DNA of 64,000 bases, from assembly GCA_000934665.2 (NCBI GenBank), contig KZ538250.1, positions 1 to 64,000 on the forward strand, given 5' to 3'. A program made the position numbers and the translations under genes. The stretch is from Catajapyx aquilonaris. Taxonomy: Eukaryota. This document shows positions 38,843-54,252 of this stretch, one piece after another. The notes below the pieces were generated by a model. That model saw nothing but the letters and a program-made list of their open reading frames with translations, was not told the DNA's origin and did not search any database. Numbering within the stretch: position 1 is the first letter of the stretch; each line of letters begins with the position of its first letter.

Positions 38843-41434
38843 GTGAGTATTATACAAATAATTTTATGAAGGGTTCACCTGTGATTCTCGTGATTTCGAG
38901 CGATAATTTTTCCATACGGAAACATTGAACATTACTTTACGACAAAAAGTATTAGTACTACCGGTACTTTAAAAAAAATATAGGAAAAATCTAGATCACT
39001 GATGGTTGCATAGCGTCAGGATACGTCTGGCCAAAGCAAGTACGAATTACATTTCATTATTTTTCTCTCCCGTCTACGCCGCCATAAATTCAAAAGTGAG
39101 GGAATATCCTGCTGATTGGGCAACTCGACTGTCACAGGGGGCTGTGGGGTGGCTTGACCAAAAGGATACTGGTATTTCTCGCTGTTCACATGATTGTGTA
39201 CAGAGTATGTCACCATACGACGTAGTAATGTCTCCCATCCACATACGATGTAGTACATTTTGAAATAGGCCAACTGTGGGAAATACTGACCATTTGCAAG
39301 ATCGAGATCTTTTGGGCAGATCTGATTTTCTCCTACTTACCTCATTTATACTGCATACATAGCAGTTCACCAAGTTAATGTCCTTTAACTGATGCGAGTA
39401 TTTTTCTGATAGTACCTGCATATTCGGTGTTTCATCCAAAATTTTGCGTCTTCTCTCCGCCCACCCCATTTTGGGCGGCGGACATCGCCTTAGCCACTGC
39501 ACAATAACAGATGACACTAGTAGCAAAATCACAATAGGCCGTTTTGCTCCGGCAGGGTTGTGGCAGCTAAAGCGCCTATTTGAACGCGCCTCGACGTGGA
39601 TTGATTGCAGAGTCTAATGCTATTCCCTGGTGATTAATCGGCCCTCGTAAAAGGAATGCAGGCACCTTAATGGCGGCGCGAATTGAGATTCCCCGCTCGC
39701 AACCCAACTTCTGTTTACCAATTACACTTTCAACCGGTACTCGTTACGATCTTCTGAATCAGGCAATAAAATTACGCCAGGAAGATAATGGAGTCACGTG
39801 CAGTATAATGGAGATAGGAGAAGGAGAAGATGAGGAGAAATGCTTGACTCTGTGTTGTACCAATGTAGACACAGCAGCATGCGGCACTTCCCCTTGCTTC
39901 CATCTTGCAGGAATTTTCATATCGGCAGACTCGGCTTAACAATGGCGTCATTCAAATATGTCTACCCCCCCACCCCCACNCCCCCCCCAGCGCCACTCGG
40001 AGCTTAGGCAGTGCTTGAGCTGAGACGTCGATAAGTGAAGCTTACCAGGCTCCGCGTGCCAGACTCGCAAATGAATAGCTATTGTTTCAGACAAATGACA
40101 TTCCAGGTGATAAAGACCTCTCGCACTTGTGGAAAAGTTTTGCTCAGGAAACGGAATATAACCAGCTGTCAGAAACAATCAGTTGTTTTGGCATCCAGTG
40201 TTGTCATTGGATCAAGTAATGGCTTCAGTTTCTGGAGCGTTTCGTATAGTAAGGTGGCCGCTATTCTCAGGTCCATTATTATCACGCAGCAGAAATTGGA
40301 AAGTGGACCACAATCGCGTAATAGGATGCCATGGTGTTATTCGATATTCATAAAAATAGTATCGCTGGACAATATTGTATACCAGGTTATAACAAAGTTT
40401 GTGTAGATCAAAAGGGTTTCGCGACAAGGAAGAGGTTGAAAACCGTGGCTTTAGATGGAGAATTTCCATCGGGAGGCTAAAGGTAGGGGATGACTGATGT
40501 ACTGGGAGAGGGAAATCTATCAATTTGAACACCATTCTTTATTTTTTCTGCCAGAGGCAACGGAGAAGACCTACTGCTGATAGCAAGAGATAGATAAATA
40601 CCGACTGATCTCACGGGTTTGATTTTGATATCATCGAGGAAAAGCTATCCCATTTCCGTCTACCGCTTATTGCATTTTCGATTTCAGTGTGATACCCATA
40701 GAGCTGTGCTGTTATCAAGAAGGAAGCCAATGCACTGAGCGCCAATGTCAACTCCTAATATCAGTAAATTCACGTTATTGAAATGATCTCAATTCATCTG
40801 CTTCTGGAGACGTTCTCGGGACTGACTTCCCGGCGTGAAGAGTAATTCGCGTATATGGCCGTTCAAGTATTATACAGGATGTCAAAAAGAGCTTCGACCG
40901 AACGTAAACCCTGGCAAGATGAACATTTCCTCCCTTAACCTTCTAGAGTAGCCAGCTGATAGTAGTGCAACTCCAGGATACCATTGGCCGTAACTATTTT
41001 TGACGTATAGTAGACTACGCGCAAACCCGATACTAACCTGGAGCACTATTTCTAGCATTATGTAGTGCTGTGCAGTATATGAGTAGTATTAGGAGAGATG
41101 AACTGTTCTGCTACTTCCTTATCAGAATTGTGCAGGCTCCCAAGGATTTCTACGCGGCATCCAGTTATGCGAAACCTCCTACTTGGCATGGCCAAGAGCG
41201 CGCTCCAAAACGGCCTAGTAATTTTCTAGCATTGTCCTCATTGTAGTCTCTCTCCTAGCCAACACATTCAAAGTTTCAAAACACTTACGACTAGTACACT
41301 TAATATGCAAATTCGACTTGAGTTGTGGTGTCCTCCACTTCTTTGCGTTACGTGTAGTGCGCTGTAAGTCAGAGTAACAAGTCTCTAGCATTCCTGCAGG
41401 AGCTTTCAACAACTCTAGAAATGATTGATAAACT

Positions 41435-41461
41435 GAGAGAGAGGGAGAGAGAGAGAGAGAG
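41435..41461. repeat. (GA)n microsatellite, interrupted
   Basis: Read directly. Confidence 0.85.
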
Positions 41462-44400
41462 CAATGTTTACAGAGAGTTGCAGTAATTTCTTTGCCATTC
41501 TTTTTAAAGCTGAACAGTGATGAACTAGTTTTGTGCTGCTACAAACTACACATTTGAGTGTTCCCATCGATCGGAGCATGTATTTAACATTATTTTCCCA
41601 AATCACCGGCTATAAATAATCTAGGACACTCTGATGCACAGAGCTCATTGGCTTTCTACTAATTGTGCTTGTTATACATCGTTCAAAATCGACATGTGCT
41701 CTGACGTGTACAGATATTTCTGTACTAAAAATTACAATGATTATAGCCTTGCTTACAGTGCAAATGATTTATACCTGTGAACATTTGGAAACATGTTGTC
41801 ATGTACAGCGTGAGCGTAAAGAAGGCTCATGATGGCAGCGAGAAGTACAGTGACATCATGAGTAAATAAATAAACAGGTGTAAAAGTGTGGTCATGTGGT
41901 GGGTATCGAATGCTTCCTCAAAGTCAAAGGTGTAGAATAATTTCGATTAAACATAAAATCAGGTCACCCGAGTGCTCGGGCAAAACAATCATGTTCAGGA
42001 ATAACACCCTGATATTCATCTATTGTTGAAAAATTGATCAGAAAATCTCCAAAAATAAAATGAACTCATGTGCATGTGAAAATTGGAACACGGCCGTGAG
42101 ATTGTGCGCAAAAGCACTGTGCATGTTTGATAGACCGGAAAACGGCAATAACAAACAGCTTTTCCTGTAACAATTCTCTCTTACAGCATATTATGTTGGC
42201 CATCGTTATTACGCTTAAATAATTAATTGACACAGTGCTACATCTATATTACAGATTACAGTAATACCACAGCACTGCTCGAATTTGGCCTAGTTATGTG
42301 AGGATTGCTATGTAATGTACAGTACACGCTCGATCAAAATATTATTGAGAGAATGTCACTTTCAACCATAAAGGTCTTTGTGCTGGATAATTGCAGTCTT
42401 ATTTTGGTGCACACTGTTGCGATAAATATGCACCTGCAGTTCATAATACCTATACTAACAAACTGCACCTTGCATGATAAAAATAAATCGCATATACATA
42501 TACGACGTACATCACAGACCGAATACACGTCAGGCTATCCCGCCATATACTGCTCAAGTGTATAGCCAGGACTCCATTACCGCCGCATTCCACACGTGAA
42601 ACTAGGCTGTTCTTATTGCAGTAAGTAAATGAAGCCGCAGTGCACGGACAGAAGAGCACCATGAAGCGCTTCAACTCTCCTTTACAACTACCGTACAATG
42701 CTGCTGCACTGCTTCCTTCGCTCATTATGAAGCATTGTTCTTCCGAGTTAGATTAAGTCGAACTAGTAAATGGCAGAGCCGTGCACTTAAGGCAGAAATG
42801 GTGTTTTACACCTGCATGGTATATTCTTCGGGGGCTGGGGGGAGGGAGGAAAAGGCGCAGAGCATGCCGTGTATATGAAAAGTGCGGTTTGGCATGTGAA
42901 ACTCATAAAACGACAAATGGACACTAAATCGAGGAAATCTCCTCATAACGTTCATGCTCGGCGGCTGGAGGGATGAGTATATGCTTTATGGGTGTGCAAA
43001 AGGGCTCCATTTCCTTCGGGTCTATTACAGCACTGACTTTGACTTTGGTCGACTTGTAGGCAATTACCAAGAGCATACAATGACGCCAGTCAATTTTTTA
43101 TTGCTGCGCTTTTTAGTTGCTGAGACAAGTTGTACACAGGTTTACGGCGTGGATATGCCAGGATGTTATGGTTGCTGTGTACGGAAAGTGTAACCTGCTT
43201 CATATCAGTGGACTACAGAGGATGGGGGAATACTGTATAGCATGGATTCGAGCTATTTTTTTTTACTTCAGCTTCTTCTTAGTACCGGTATTGCTCTAAG
43301 TAATTGGTAATATCTAATAATAATTAATGCATGCCTCATTGAGCCTCTTACTTCGTAGAGGACCGTCTTTAATATGCCCGACTTAATGTTGGGTTTTGAA
43401 AACGGGAGAATCCTGTCGGTTCGAATACGAGAGAACCTACCAAAATTCTTTCCACACGAAAACATCATTTGTCGGATCAGGAGATCGAACTCAGCAGGTC
43501 CTTAATTACAACGCCACCCAGCTTGATTTTCATTATTTGATTTTAAAGATCGGCCGAGAATGTCCCTTGTAAGAACACTTTTTTCCGAGTTATTTACACG
43601 ACACTTACACTAAATATTTGGAGAAACTTTTCCGCGGATCTTATTTCCAGCGTCAACTCTAGCAAATCAGTCGCTTCTAATGGGTTAGAAATATTCACTT
43701 GGATCCAGACCCTGATTGTGGTCTGAGCAACAACTGTCGGCCAGACCATTGCGATGTCTACTTACTCTCTTCATTTGTCTTCCGTTAATGGAGCAACTCG
43801 GTGCTGAAGAACTAGTCCAGTAGATCTTGAGGTGTTGGCACGGTCGCAGCTGTCTCATGTCCAACTGGGCTTACACTACAGTGCATTTATCTCGATGTGA
43901 AAAGATGGGCAGGACTGCTCTCTTGCCAAACAACAACAAGAGGGGGGAAAAAAAGTCGCGACTGAAAGAGAAGCAATGCCACAAGAGATATTTAGAGCGA
44001 AGGTCTCTTTGAACGTAACTCCACCGGTTCAGTTGCGGAGCAAAACACTGGCTAACATTAGCTCTAGGTATGCATGTGCATCAGAGGGTTTCGCCTTGCT
44101 CAGGTCAAATACGACTTTCTGGCATGGAACAGGTGGTGAAACGTGATGTCAGTGGCAGCCCGAGATCAGTTTGATACTCCTGGGCTAAAGTAGCCCGAAA
44201 CTATAAGGGGGGCGTGGGATTTACATTATGCAACACTGATTGCCATTGTTAGGTTGGAGACAGATGCTGTCCGACTCGTACTGGATTCCAGTTGGAGACA
44301 TCTTTTCTAGGGTCTTTTGCGTGTCATGACACATATTTTCGCGATACAAAGTTCAGCATGTTCGCTTCCTGAAGTATGGGTGGATGTGACCGATAGAGAA

Positions 44401-46201
44401 AGAGCTTGAAAGTTATGTAAAACTCCTACATCACAGGAATAACACACTGACGTCTGTCAAAAGTAAGGTTAGTTGATATTGCCAAGTGTTAAGCCCTGTT
44501 GGAAATAGCGAATTCGCAACTCGCGTCAAGATAGCAACTCGACGATTGACTTCCTGGGGGCATATCACCAGCTCTATCTCTCGTTGACCGAATTAACCTT
44601 GACGAAGTGGGCACGACTTTGGTACAAACGTATGAAAAAATCGGCCGACTTTCATTCCCCTTCCATCCCCATTTTTGGGAGGAGGAATCCTCACTCGATT
44701 TGCCAGAAAAGCACGTATTTGCGTGGATAAACGTTTGCGAAGAGTGTGAACATTCGCAAGTCGTGCGAACAAAGAAGGTGGAGCATACGGGGCCGTCGGA
44801 GTATGTCGAGTGTTTGAGAGAACCTGAGTGGAATGCTTGCCGGGTCATTTGCACCTAAAGTGTAGCAACCCTCCCTGGTTGTTCTGGACTATCCTATAGG
44901 CGTTTTTAGGCTCCACAATCTCGCTTGATTGACTCTCCGCCATTTTTTGTTCCTTCTTCCCGCCTCCGCTCCACCGTCTGGAGGGGGGCCAAAGAAAACC
45001 AATATTGGTCGTGGGATTATAATGGCCTACCCAGGTGGTGTGTTCCCCCACCTGCCTCCCCAACCCAGCTCTTTTCCTTCCTTCGTTGAGTGATTCGGCG
45101 AGAGGTCGGGCGGGCATTTGGGCGAGCATTTAGGCGAGTAATTCTAATTGCGTTTGGAGCGTCGGCTGCACCCTCCCCTACCCCACAGGCCTCTCCCTCT
45201 CCCTCTTTTGGGCGCACCGATTTTCAGGCAGGACCACTCTGGCCACTCCATTCATGCTTCGTTGGGTACCTTCCCCGTTTCCGCGCCCAAACCCCATCGT
45301 AGAAACGTCGTGATCAAAAGGCCGGCCCTCCCCAACTCTCTTTCACTTCTGATCAACACGCAGAAAGGAGCCGTCATTTCAGGCCCACAGGTTATTATCG
45401 GCGCGACTCAGCCGTTCATTTTGCGAGCAGCCTGTACTGAGATGCGAGATGGGTGGAACTTCTACTAGAATTAAGGCGTGATTGTGTGGGGGTGTGTAGG
45501 GTATCTCAAAGAAGCCTGGTGTTTCGGTGGTTGTATTTTATTCAGGAGAAAATGAGCTTCAGAGGCAAGGTGTGTTGGGTAATATCCTGGCAGGTATGGA
45601 ACCCTTCACACGTGCCCATCAGTCAGTCGCAGGGATGATCATGATGTCGAAACTAGGCCATATGGAAGGGACAGCATGATATACCGTATTTTTTAATGAA
45701 AACTAATTATCTCAGTAATGAGAGGCGCCAATCAGGTAATACTGTCTGTCAAAAAAATGTTTCGCCAAAATATTCACTACCATCAGTGTTTTTTCACAGC
45801 TGGAAGAGTTATAATGCTTGTATTTATATTAATTACTTGTACAGGCGACATGTGTGACGTACAGGTTTATTTACTGTATAGCTATCTAGTAATCACCATT
45901 ACAATACAGCATTTAAAAATAACCTGGGTTTGTATTGTAGGCTACTGCAAAAAATTCTGCGAGGTGGAAAGTGTGAAGGTACAGTTGGCATGACTGCATC
46001 CGCTTAGCATTTTGAGGAAAGCCAGGGACAAAATGTTTTCGAATATTGGTCAGGGTGCGGGGGAATCGCGTTCAAACTGCCACCCAAATTGGTTGGGGTA
46101 TCGCATACCAGGGGAAACTGCCACTATCGAGGCTTTGTTTCCTGGGCTGCATTTCTCAATTATTTAACATAACACTGTAGTGTGCGCACTGCAGCAAAGG
46201 C

Positions 46202-46204
<3 letters not shown>

Positions 46205-46254
<50 letters not shown>
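46205..46254. repeat. (TC)25 microsatellite
   Basis: Read directly. Confidence 0.97.
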
Positions 46255-46256
<2 letters not shown>

Positions 46257-49200
46257 CAATTCGAACTGCAAGTTTTACACTGACTATATACAGTGCGCTC
46301 GTTTTCTTGCCAATAAATTTGCTATGTCGGTTTTGTAATCATAAAACTGGCTCGTGAATAAAAATTGTGCAGCATAACAAAAAACGCTGTAATGACTAAG
46401 CAGCACACGCCTTTTACAAACGGGACAAATTACGGGTTAAGTGTCTGCAATTGTCCGTAGTCAAGTTCAGTAATTATTGACTGCCGCTTTCAAGAAGCTG
46501 AATTTCTCGGAGGAAGGAAATCGTACCTCAGGTGCCGGATTTTAAGGAAAAATGAGGCTCTGCCTCTGCCGTGAGATGGAGGGGGACATTAATTACTTGG
46601 GGAGGCGAAACGATTGCCTTGGCTTGAGTCTTATAGTGGTCGATCAAAATTCATATCGAGTCAATTTTTTCGGAAGAAATGACAAAAAGGTTGAGGAACT
46701 TCAAAGTAAGTTAATGATATTTAGGCATGTCATGCGTCATCCGGTTCTGATGACGTTAATGTATAACTTAGTCATTGATTGTGCTATATTTTTCCACCCA
46801 TCATGAACAGTGTTGCCTTTTTTTTGAAAAATTGAACTTAACAAGCTGTGCCTTGATTTCCCTGGGTGTCAGTTTTGAATTCAAAATGTTGTTGACTACA
46901 GTGAGCAATTGGCAACCCTCTCTATTATTTAATCTATCTTCCACCTATTAAAACTAAGGGGTGGGGCTCACCGTATGTAACAATTATGATTGGTTAATAT
47001 ACAGTGTGACAGTTCACAAGTGACATACTTGTCAGAATTAAAACATCTTCAATATTTTGACGCACAGTTTCGGTGTGATGTAAAACATTTCCGGGCAAGC
47101 CCATACACAATCGAATTGTCCGTTGAGTAAGTTAAGGATGGGCAAACTGAATGCCGGTACAGTGTAGAACGTACCATTCAATTTTATTATTAGCATTTCA
47201 TCAGTGGAGCCCCCCCCCCCTTCCCCCCCCTTTCCATATTTTGTTGCTGCATGATTGGTCAGATCTCTGTCTACCAGCATATTCGAGTCATCGATCGGGA
47301 TGTCGTCAAATGAACGTGCTTGCATACATTTACATGTTGAATGCCGCAAGTCCGAAAATGCTGCCAACTAGTCCGTGTATTTCTGCAGGAATTTCTATTG
47401 AACTTTGACAGTCTGATGAGGTGGGGCAGCTGGCGGAATATTTGACGGCGGGACCCAAACCTATACACCGACATACTGTGTACTGTACTATAAACTGGAG
47501 GGTTTTTTTAAATGAAAAGGGTCCGGAGAGGTCCTGTGTGGGTGAATGTATGCAGGAGACGAAAACGCATTAGCTTGGACCCGTATTCTGCGGGCTTGTT
47601 TTCTGTTTAGTGATTTTGACAGATGAGTGACTGTTGACAGGGAATGTCGGTATGAATTGGATGCGAGTGAACGGAGACAAATGTGATGTAGAACGTGCTT
47701 GCTTTTCGCCTGCTGGTGGGCTTTATAGACGCCATCAAGATTAGCGACATGTGTTTCATCAGCATTTTACGGCTTTAAGAACTAATCAAGTGGAGGTGAT
47801 GAACAACGTGTTATGCGTTTTAAATCCTAAGCTTCTTTTTGGTCATTATAACCGCGTTAGGTCGTTAGGACTTTAGGAATAAGCTAATTAAAAACATCAT
47901 ACTTTTTCACAGTTTATGTTTGTAGTCTATATATAATATGAAGTAATACGCATATTATTGAAATTGTAATGTACAGTAGTGTACATTTTCTTCCGTATAT
48001 GTCTTCCACTGTAAGTAACAAATAATCACACTCGTGTAAGCTAGTATAGTAGTTGCAAGATTGCAGCGATGTTCATAATTGCCAACACTTTCAACTGTTT
48101 CAAGTACTGATTTTCCATATTCATGCAGTTTTATTTCAGAGGCTGCTCAGTTCGTTGCTACTACTGCATTTACGGCCCCCAAAAAACTGACAGAGCAAAA
48201 TGTAGGACAAGCAGTGCAGTGAAACAATTAACGTGACATAATTTTTCCATACAATTAAAATCGGATCAATTGCAGTGGCCATATAGCTGTCCGTGCATGC
48301 CCTAGTCTCGTGCATTCGGGGAAAATTTGAGATATTCGTTCTGCCGGGTTCCCCACTAATGCGTTTTTTTCAGGGCAAATTGTATGAGATACGACTTGTA
48401 TCACATGGACGCTAAGCTGATTGCAAGCTTCAACCGCATTGCATTTGAGCGATTGCTGCTGCATTCCCCTCATCTGCATCCTAAACGTATCGTAAATCGC
48501 ACCACTACAGGCTGAGTCCAAAATATTTCGAGTTTTTTCGACCCTTTTCAGTGATTGTTTTCTGACATTATGATACATTTCCATTATATCAATAGAGTTT
48601 GGTCTACTATTTTTGCACCAGCCAGTGGAGTGTAACATAGTATGTCTGTAATACATGCAGAGAGGAAATTGTGTATTCACAAACAGAAACCGTTGGAATA
48701 GCTATCTTTTGAAATGAATTTGTTCAGTCTTTTTAATTGACGAGCAAAAGACGCTTTGATCCGGTTTTCAAATGAATCTGTACCGTAGAGTCCATGAATA
48801 TTACAGGTAGTACAACTGTCACACCTTCAGGCTTTCATCGTATCACGACTTCAAACCGGCCTCAAATTAGGACATCAAATTAGAAAAAAACACTGCTACA
48901 ATGTTACTAAGCTTCGTGATAGTTACTGTACTTATCAAACGACACAGCCCTGTACACAGAGTCTATCAGAGTACTGGTTTCATCCGATGAATACTCCCTA
49001 GACATAATACCCCTCATCTAGTCGAGATATTATACCTCACCCTATGCCATCGTGACGCAAAAGCGCAGTAAACTTTGTCCGTACAAATCCAGCAATATGC
49101 CTCGTGTCGCCGTTACACTGGACCATGTCATTTAATAATGTACTGCACCATATCAAGTTCTCATTAAGCAAATTACATCATTACTCCTCCTATAACGACG

Positions 49201-50011
49201 GGTGTTCCACCGATTTTTTCTCCGTCCAGCCACCGATGCCTTGTTAAATGTAGCTTATATGTACGAGTCGTAATGGCGCAGGGGGTGTGCAGCTAATGCA
49301 TGCAGAGGGCAGCACCAGTACACCCCCATGATTGTGGCTGTAGCGGTACGGGACGGAGGGGGAATTAATTCCACGATGAGACGACGACCTGGAAATGGTT
49401 GTGCCCGCTTACACACGGTTGCACAGTTGGCTACAGTGTCCTCTACCTGGCTTGCTTTGTTTCTTTTTTTCTTTTTTTGTTACTAGCTTAACACGCTAAG
49501 GGACTTGAGAATCAGGGAGAGGTGGGAGCATGGAGGGCCTAGGGGGCGCTGCGATTTATTTCATCAGGACCTGGTTTGCACAGCAGCTTCATCTAATTTT
49601 CTCCTGGCCCTTATTAGATTGGCTCAGTTCACGGCCCGCCTCTTGTTAATGATCCAGGGGTCCAAAGTAAGACGGTCTGGGATGGACCCTTAACTTCATT
49701 TGGAAGAGTCACTTCCGCTTCAAAAGATTGTCATCCATTTTGTACCATTCGCAGGCATTGCTGGTACTGGGTTTTTAGGGGAGCCCACTCCTCGCCTAGG
49801 TAATGCGGCTTGTTCGGGCGTAGTGGTGAAAAAGCTGAGCTCGAAGGAATTTTATTGTGCACCTGAAGAGGCACTTTTCAAGTGGGCGAAATATACAGCA
49901 GCATATTTTCAGCCTGCTACTTGAAGCTGCTGATTAAGTGCAAAAGAATAGCTTCATCTCTTTTACATTGTCAACTTTCCCGGGAAGTTTACTGTATTGT
50001 GCTGTACATTG

Positions 50012-51234
50012 CAGAGATGGGCAGTATTTAAATACAAATGCATTTAAATACGCATTTAAATACTTTTTGGTATTTAGAGATGTATTTATAACTACATTGG
50101 TTCTCCTGTATTTAAATACTGTATTTCAATACATTTGTGAGTATTCAAATACATATCGTAAATACTTTCCATAACTCCCTTTTCATTTATATTTGCATAA
50201 TTCTTAATTCTGAAACCTAATGAAATAAAAGCAGCTAATTAGCAGCTTTTTCTCCTAGGTGGAGGAGACCAATTGGAAAGTATGGAGTTGGTGAAGGGGA
50301 AAACCCTCAAGTATCATACTGGGAAAAAATTTGGCTGTGGCATGGGTTATGGGTCTGTTATGTTTTCTTATTTTTATCCAAAGAATGATGGTAAGAAATG
50401 AGTTGCACATTAACAAATAATGTTTAATATTTAGTATCTAATTACTTACGCAGTATTTAGTATTTGTCACAGTTGAATGTGACGTTGGGGCAATTGGGTC
50501 ATTGCCTTCCCTCCCAGCAGACCGAGTTATGTAACGTTGCTTGAACAGCCCCTTTTTGTTTTAGACTCACTCCCTTTTTGAGCTTCACGATGTGAGGGTG
50601 TGCAGAGAAGCTGCTGATACTGGCATTTAAGTATTCAGTGTTATATTGGGTTTGGGAGTCCCCGTTGCTGATGGCATTGTTGAACCGGGGTTCAGGGTTC
50701 ATTGCTGAGGGATTTGAGGGGGCAGGTTGAACGCACGTCAAGTGTGAGGTTCAGTGAGTTGCATGTCCTATTCGTCCCATGGTTACATCATCAGGTATTA
50801 TTTATTTTGGGGAAATGTTGAACGCACTTTAAGGTGTAGTGTTCAATGAATTTATGTGACCTATCCTCCCCCATTATTGCATTATTAAGGTTCTTTATTT
50901 TTGGGAGTCCATTGTTGCAAGGTTAAATGAGTAATGTATGGATTGATTCATTGATTGTGACGAGGTATTATTTAATTGATGTTTTGGATACAACAGGGGA
51001 AAGGAAAGGGGATTCGCAGCATTTGTCATAGTGTGTTGAGACGCATATGCATGGTCAGAGATGTGTTTTGTTGGGCATTAAATGGGGCAAATTGCCATTA
51101 CATGATTATTAAGTCGCAGCGCTTGATTTACCACGAACCTATGACCTATAGGTTATGTTTGGGCCTCATCCTCTCCTTGTCCTGGGACAGTATTTAGCAT
51201 TTAATTACATTCAAGTATTTAGTGACCATCACTG
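50012..51234. mobile_element. Non-autonomous hAT-like DNA transposon, about 1.2 kb
   Basis: 11-bp imperfect TIRs CAGAGATGGGC / GACCATCACTG; 8-bp TSD GTACATTG (50004-50011) versus GTACATGG (51235-51242), 7/8 identical; subterminal GTATTT/AAATAC motif arrays at both ends; no transposase ORF. Confidence 0.78.
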
Positions 51235-53947
51235 GTACATGGTCATCTACATATAGTACCGGTAATATCCATTGGTGAAGCATGACCTATGTGCCCATGT
51301 TGCCCAACGATCGGGACACTTTGTAAGAACGGTTGTGAATACACTATATGAGGCCAAATTCGGTATCCCATATACGACACACAAGGTCATATAACTTAAT
51401 GATGGAGTCATACTTTGGAGGACTCCCAATATATAGTTGGCACAATTTGAAACACTGGCACAGTTTAAAAGCAGGCAGCATGTTTCAGATCATCCTGCAT
51501 ATTGTGCCAGAAAAGTTTTTAAAACCATCCAGTGTAAGAAAAAAAACCGCTCCCATTACAACTGTCCAATCAGCTAAACGACCACATCGCTGTTCACTAT
51601 ACTATGTACGCGTTCCTTCACATTACAGCCGACGGACGTTGGTGTCAAAGAGACTTTGGTACACCCTGCACCCTGTTTGAATTTTCAAACGCGCCTTTCT
51701 TTTTTTTATCCCGTCCTTGGGGCTCATCGTATCTTCAATAAGTGTAGGTTACAGTTGATTGCTCGTATTGAGCAATCTATGGCGGTCTTCTTTTGAAGAG
51801 TCAGAAACTACTAACGGCTGATAAGTAGGACTGCATAGATAGTATAATGCACATACCTCTTAGCGTGATTAAGCTCAGTTTCCCCGGTTCGAATTTGAGC
51901 CCCGCCACGTGTATCGGGGAGTTTCTTTGGCAGCTCTCACACCGAGAGAATTGATATCGAACAGACAGGAACGGTTTTTTCTTGTCACAATAACGATCAA
52001 AGCAGCAAGAAGATTTAGCGCGATACACGTACATCTCCCGGGCTTTCCGTATATAGGTACGGTACACTAGATACGCCTCTGTAGCGCTTGTGAAATAAAA
52101 GGTGCGTCAGAAGGTTCAAATACACACTCTGTGGAATGGATATTTACACGAACATGATATGTGTATGGCTCGGTCAGGAGTAGCCATTTTAGCATATTAT
52201 AATTTCAGTCTATAAGTGTAACAGCTTAGATTTGGACAAATTAAAGATTCCTAATTGCTCCGACTATAACTAGTGATATCATCGCTCTGTAGATAGTCAT
52301 ATAGATAGATGTGCTTCTAAATTGCCACTTGTCAGCCGGATGGCCTTTCAATGAAGATCGCTGACTATATAGGGTTATTCGTTGGACCAATGATTCCAAG
52401 CGGAGGCCTTATTTCCACGGATTTATCGACAATTCCGTGGCTGCTGCTGCAATCATCCTATGAAATCTGGACCTATGTATCATTTGCCCGGCTCGTCAAG
52501 CCCAAAAATTCGGGTCCGCAATTTGGTGGATCTTTTTTTTTACCGATATTTTGTCAAGTTTATGTCATAATATCTTTCGGGTGTGTAATAATAACAAAAG
52601 TATAATACTCCTTTCGAGTGATGGTCTCGGGCCTGAAAAATTATTTTCATAGTTTATTAGCTTGTAACTCATTTCATCCCATGAAATTGAACAATTGCAC
52701 TTCAGTGTAGTACACCTAATTTTAGTATGCAATAACTGACGTCAAAATTTAAAGCTTTCACAATCGAACCAGAGTAAAAAAAATATGCAATGCCACTATA
52801 AAATGCAAGCTTCGCCTATACACATACAGTGTGCCTAATTCTCAAATTACAGTCCCGTATCGTTTGTGAATTGAAAGTGCAATTGTTTCAAAGCGAAATG
52901 CGATAATTATGAGGTCCACAATACGCGCATACTAATAATACCGCAGCTGGGTTATTGTTGGATAATTGACCTCTTGGCGAAAACTCATGAGAGGCGGCCG
53001 GCTCGAGCGGGCGCAATTTCGTTTGGGCCTCCCGCTTTATTACTGGCTGCAGTGGAATAATGTGGCAGTCACACAGATAGCTGAATGAACCGGGCCCACA
53101 GTGAAATATTCAGGAACAGATACCTCAGACACGGCGGAACTTGTAGCCGTCATGGCAAATATGACCGAAACATTCACGTTCCCGACAGGCCAAGGTCTGC
53201 CACGGTTGGATTTCTACTTAAAATACACATAATTATGCAACCTTTAGCTTTATTAACACACTGTAATATGGCCATTTTGGTGCACATGTGAAATCAGCCC
53301 TGTTCACTGCTATTTCGCAAAACTAGCTGCGATTTCCACCATGTGAAGGCCAGACTCCTCAGCCCAGTACCTCACCGGTAGGAAAATACGGTTCTGCATC
53401 GCCACAATTTAGGTGCGGAGAGGAGTTCGCTTAGGCAAAGTCTCCATGAATGTCGTCTAATGACACTATGAACCTCCCCAAATTGCTCATAAAAGCTTCT
53501 GCGTCTTGTTTCTGTCACGGAATGTGGCGGATTGGGAAATTTATGGAGCGCAACCATTGTTCGCGCTGACACAGCTGGAAAAGAGTATCTTGTGCGCGGG
53601 AAGAAAATGATAAGGCGGGGCCCACGGGCACAGCTACTCTGTCGGAGCTAGGGGTAAAGTGGCCCACTCGCATTCGGATGGGCATAGTCGGTTCTGGGTT
53701 TGGCGGACTTCCCCAGGTTTTTCTGCTTTCACAAGCTTCATTCTGAGGGTGGAGTGTATTCTTGTTCATTAGGCTGAAAAGGGACCAATTACCTTTTAGA
53801 CAGCATATAATGTTTAATGTTTAATATTTTGTCACGTTTAAAGTTGCTGCTAGTAACCCATGATTTGTGTAGGTAATCTTAGACAAATTGGTATTACAAA
53901 CCGCGAATTGGAGATCCACACTTGTAACAGTTATGTTTTCCTTCCAG

Positions 53948-54252
53948 AGTGCTTGGCTTTCGTCGAGCGCCGCCTGTGGCGGGTCGTCTCTTAAACATGA
54001 CGACCGAACTGTACGCTTTGGCTGACGGCGACCTCCTGAAGACATTTTTCGTGTCTCCGGCCAACAACTTATGCTTTCACGGACACTGCTCATACTACTG
54101 CGACACCAGCCACGCCATCTGCGGAAACCCAGACATGCTGGAAGGTTCCTTTGCGGCTTTCTTACCGCCGAAGGAAGTAGCGGCCAGGAAGGTCTGGAGG
54201 CACCCGTGGCGACGATCTTACCACAAGAGACGCAAGGCTCAGTGGGAACTTG
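53948..54252 (+). CDS. FAM20C: FAM20C exon (305 nt): Cys-rich insertion region and PWRRSY motif
   Basis: cttccag|A...CTTG|gtgagt; [101 protein letters not shown]. Confidence 0.97.

Noticed and set aside
43380..43500. B-box-like GTTCGA motifs suggesting a SINE (also near 51885)
   Set aside because: No A-box, cloverleaf, tail or TSD could be established.
44489..45468. GC-rich region with several overlapping ORFs and a CCGCCATTTT (YY1/Pho-like) motif
   Set aside because: No recognisable protein or consistent splice structure; a single short motif is not enough to call a regulatory element.
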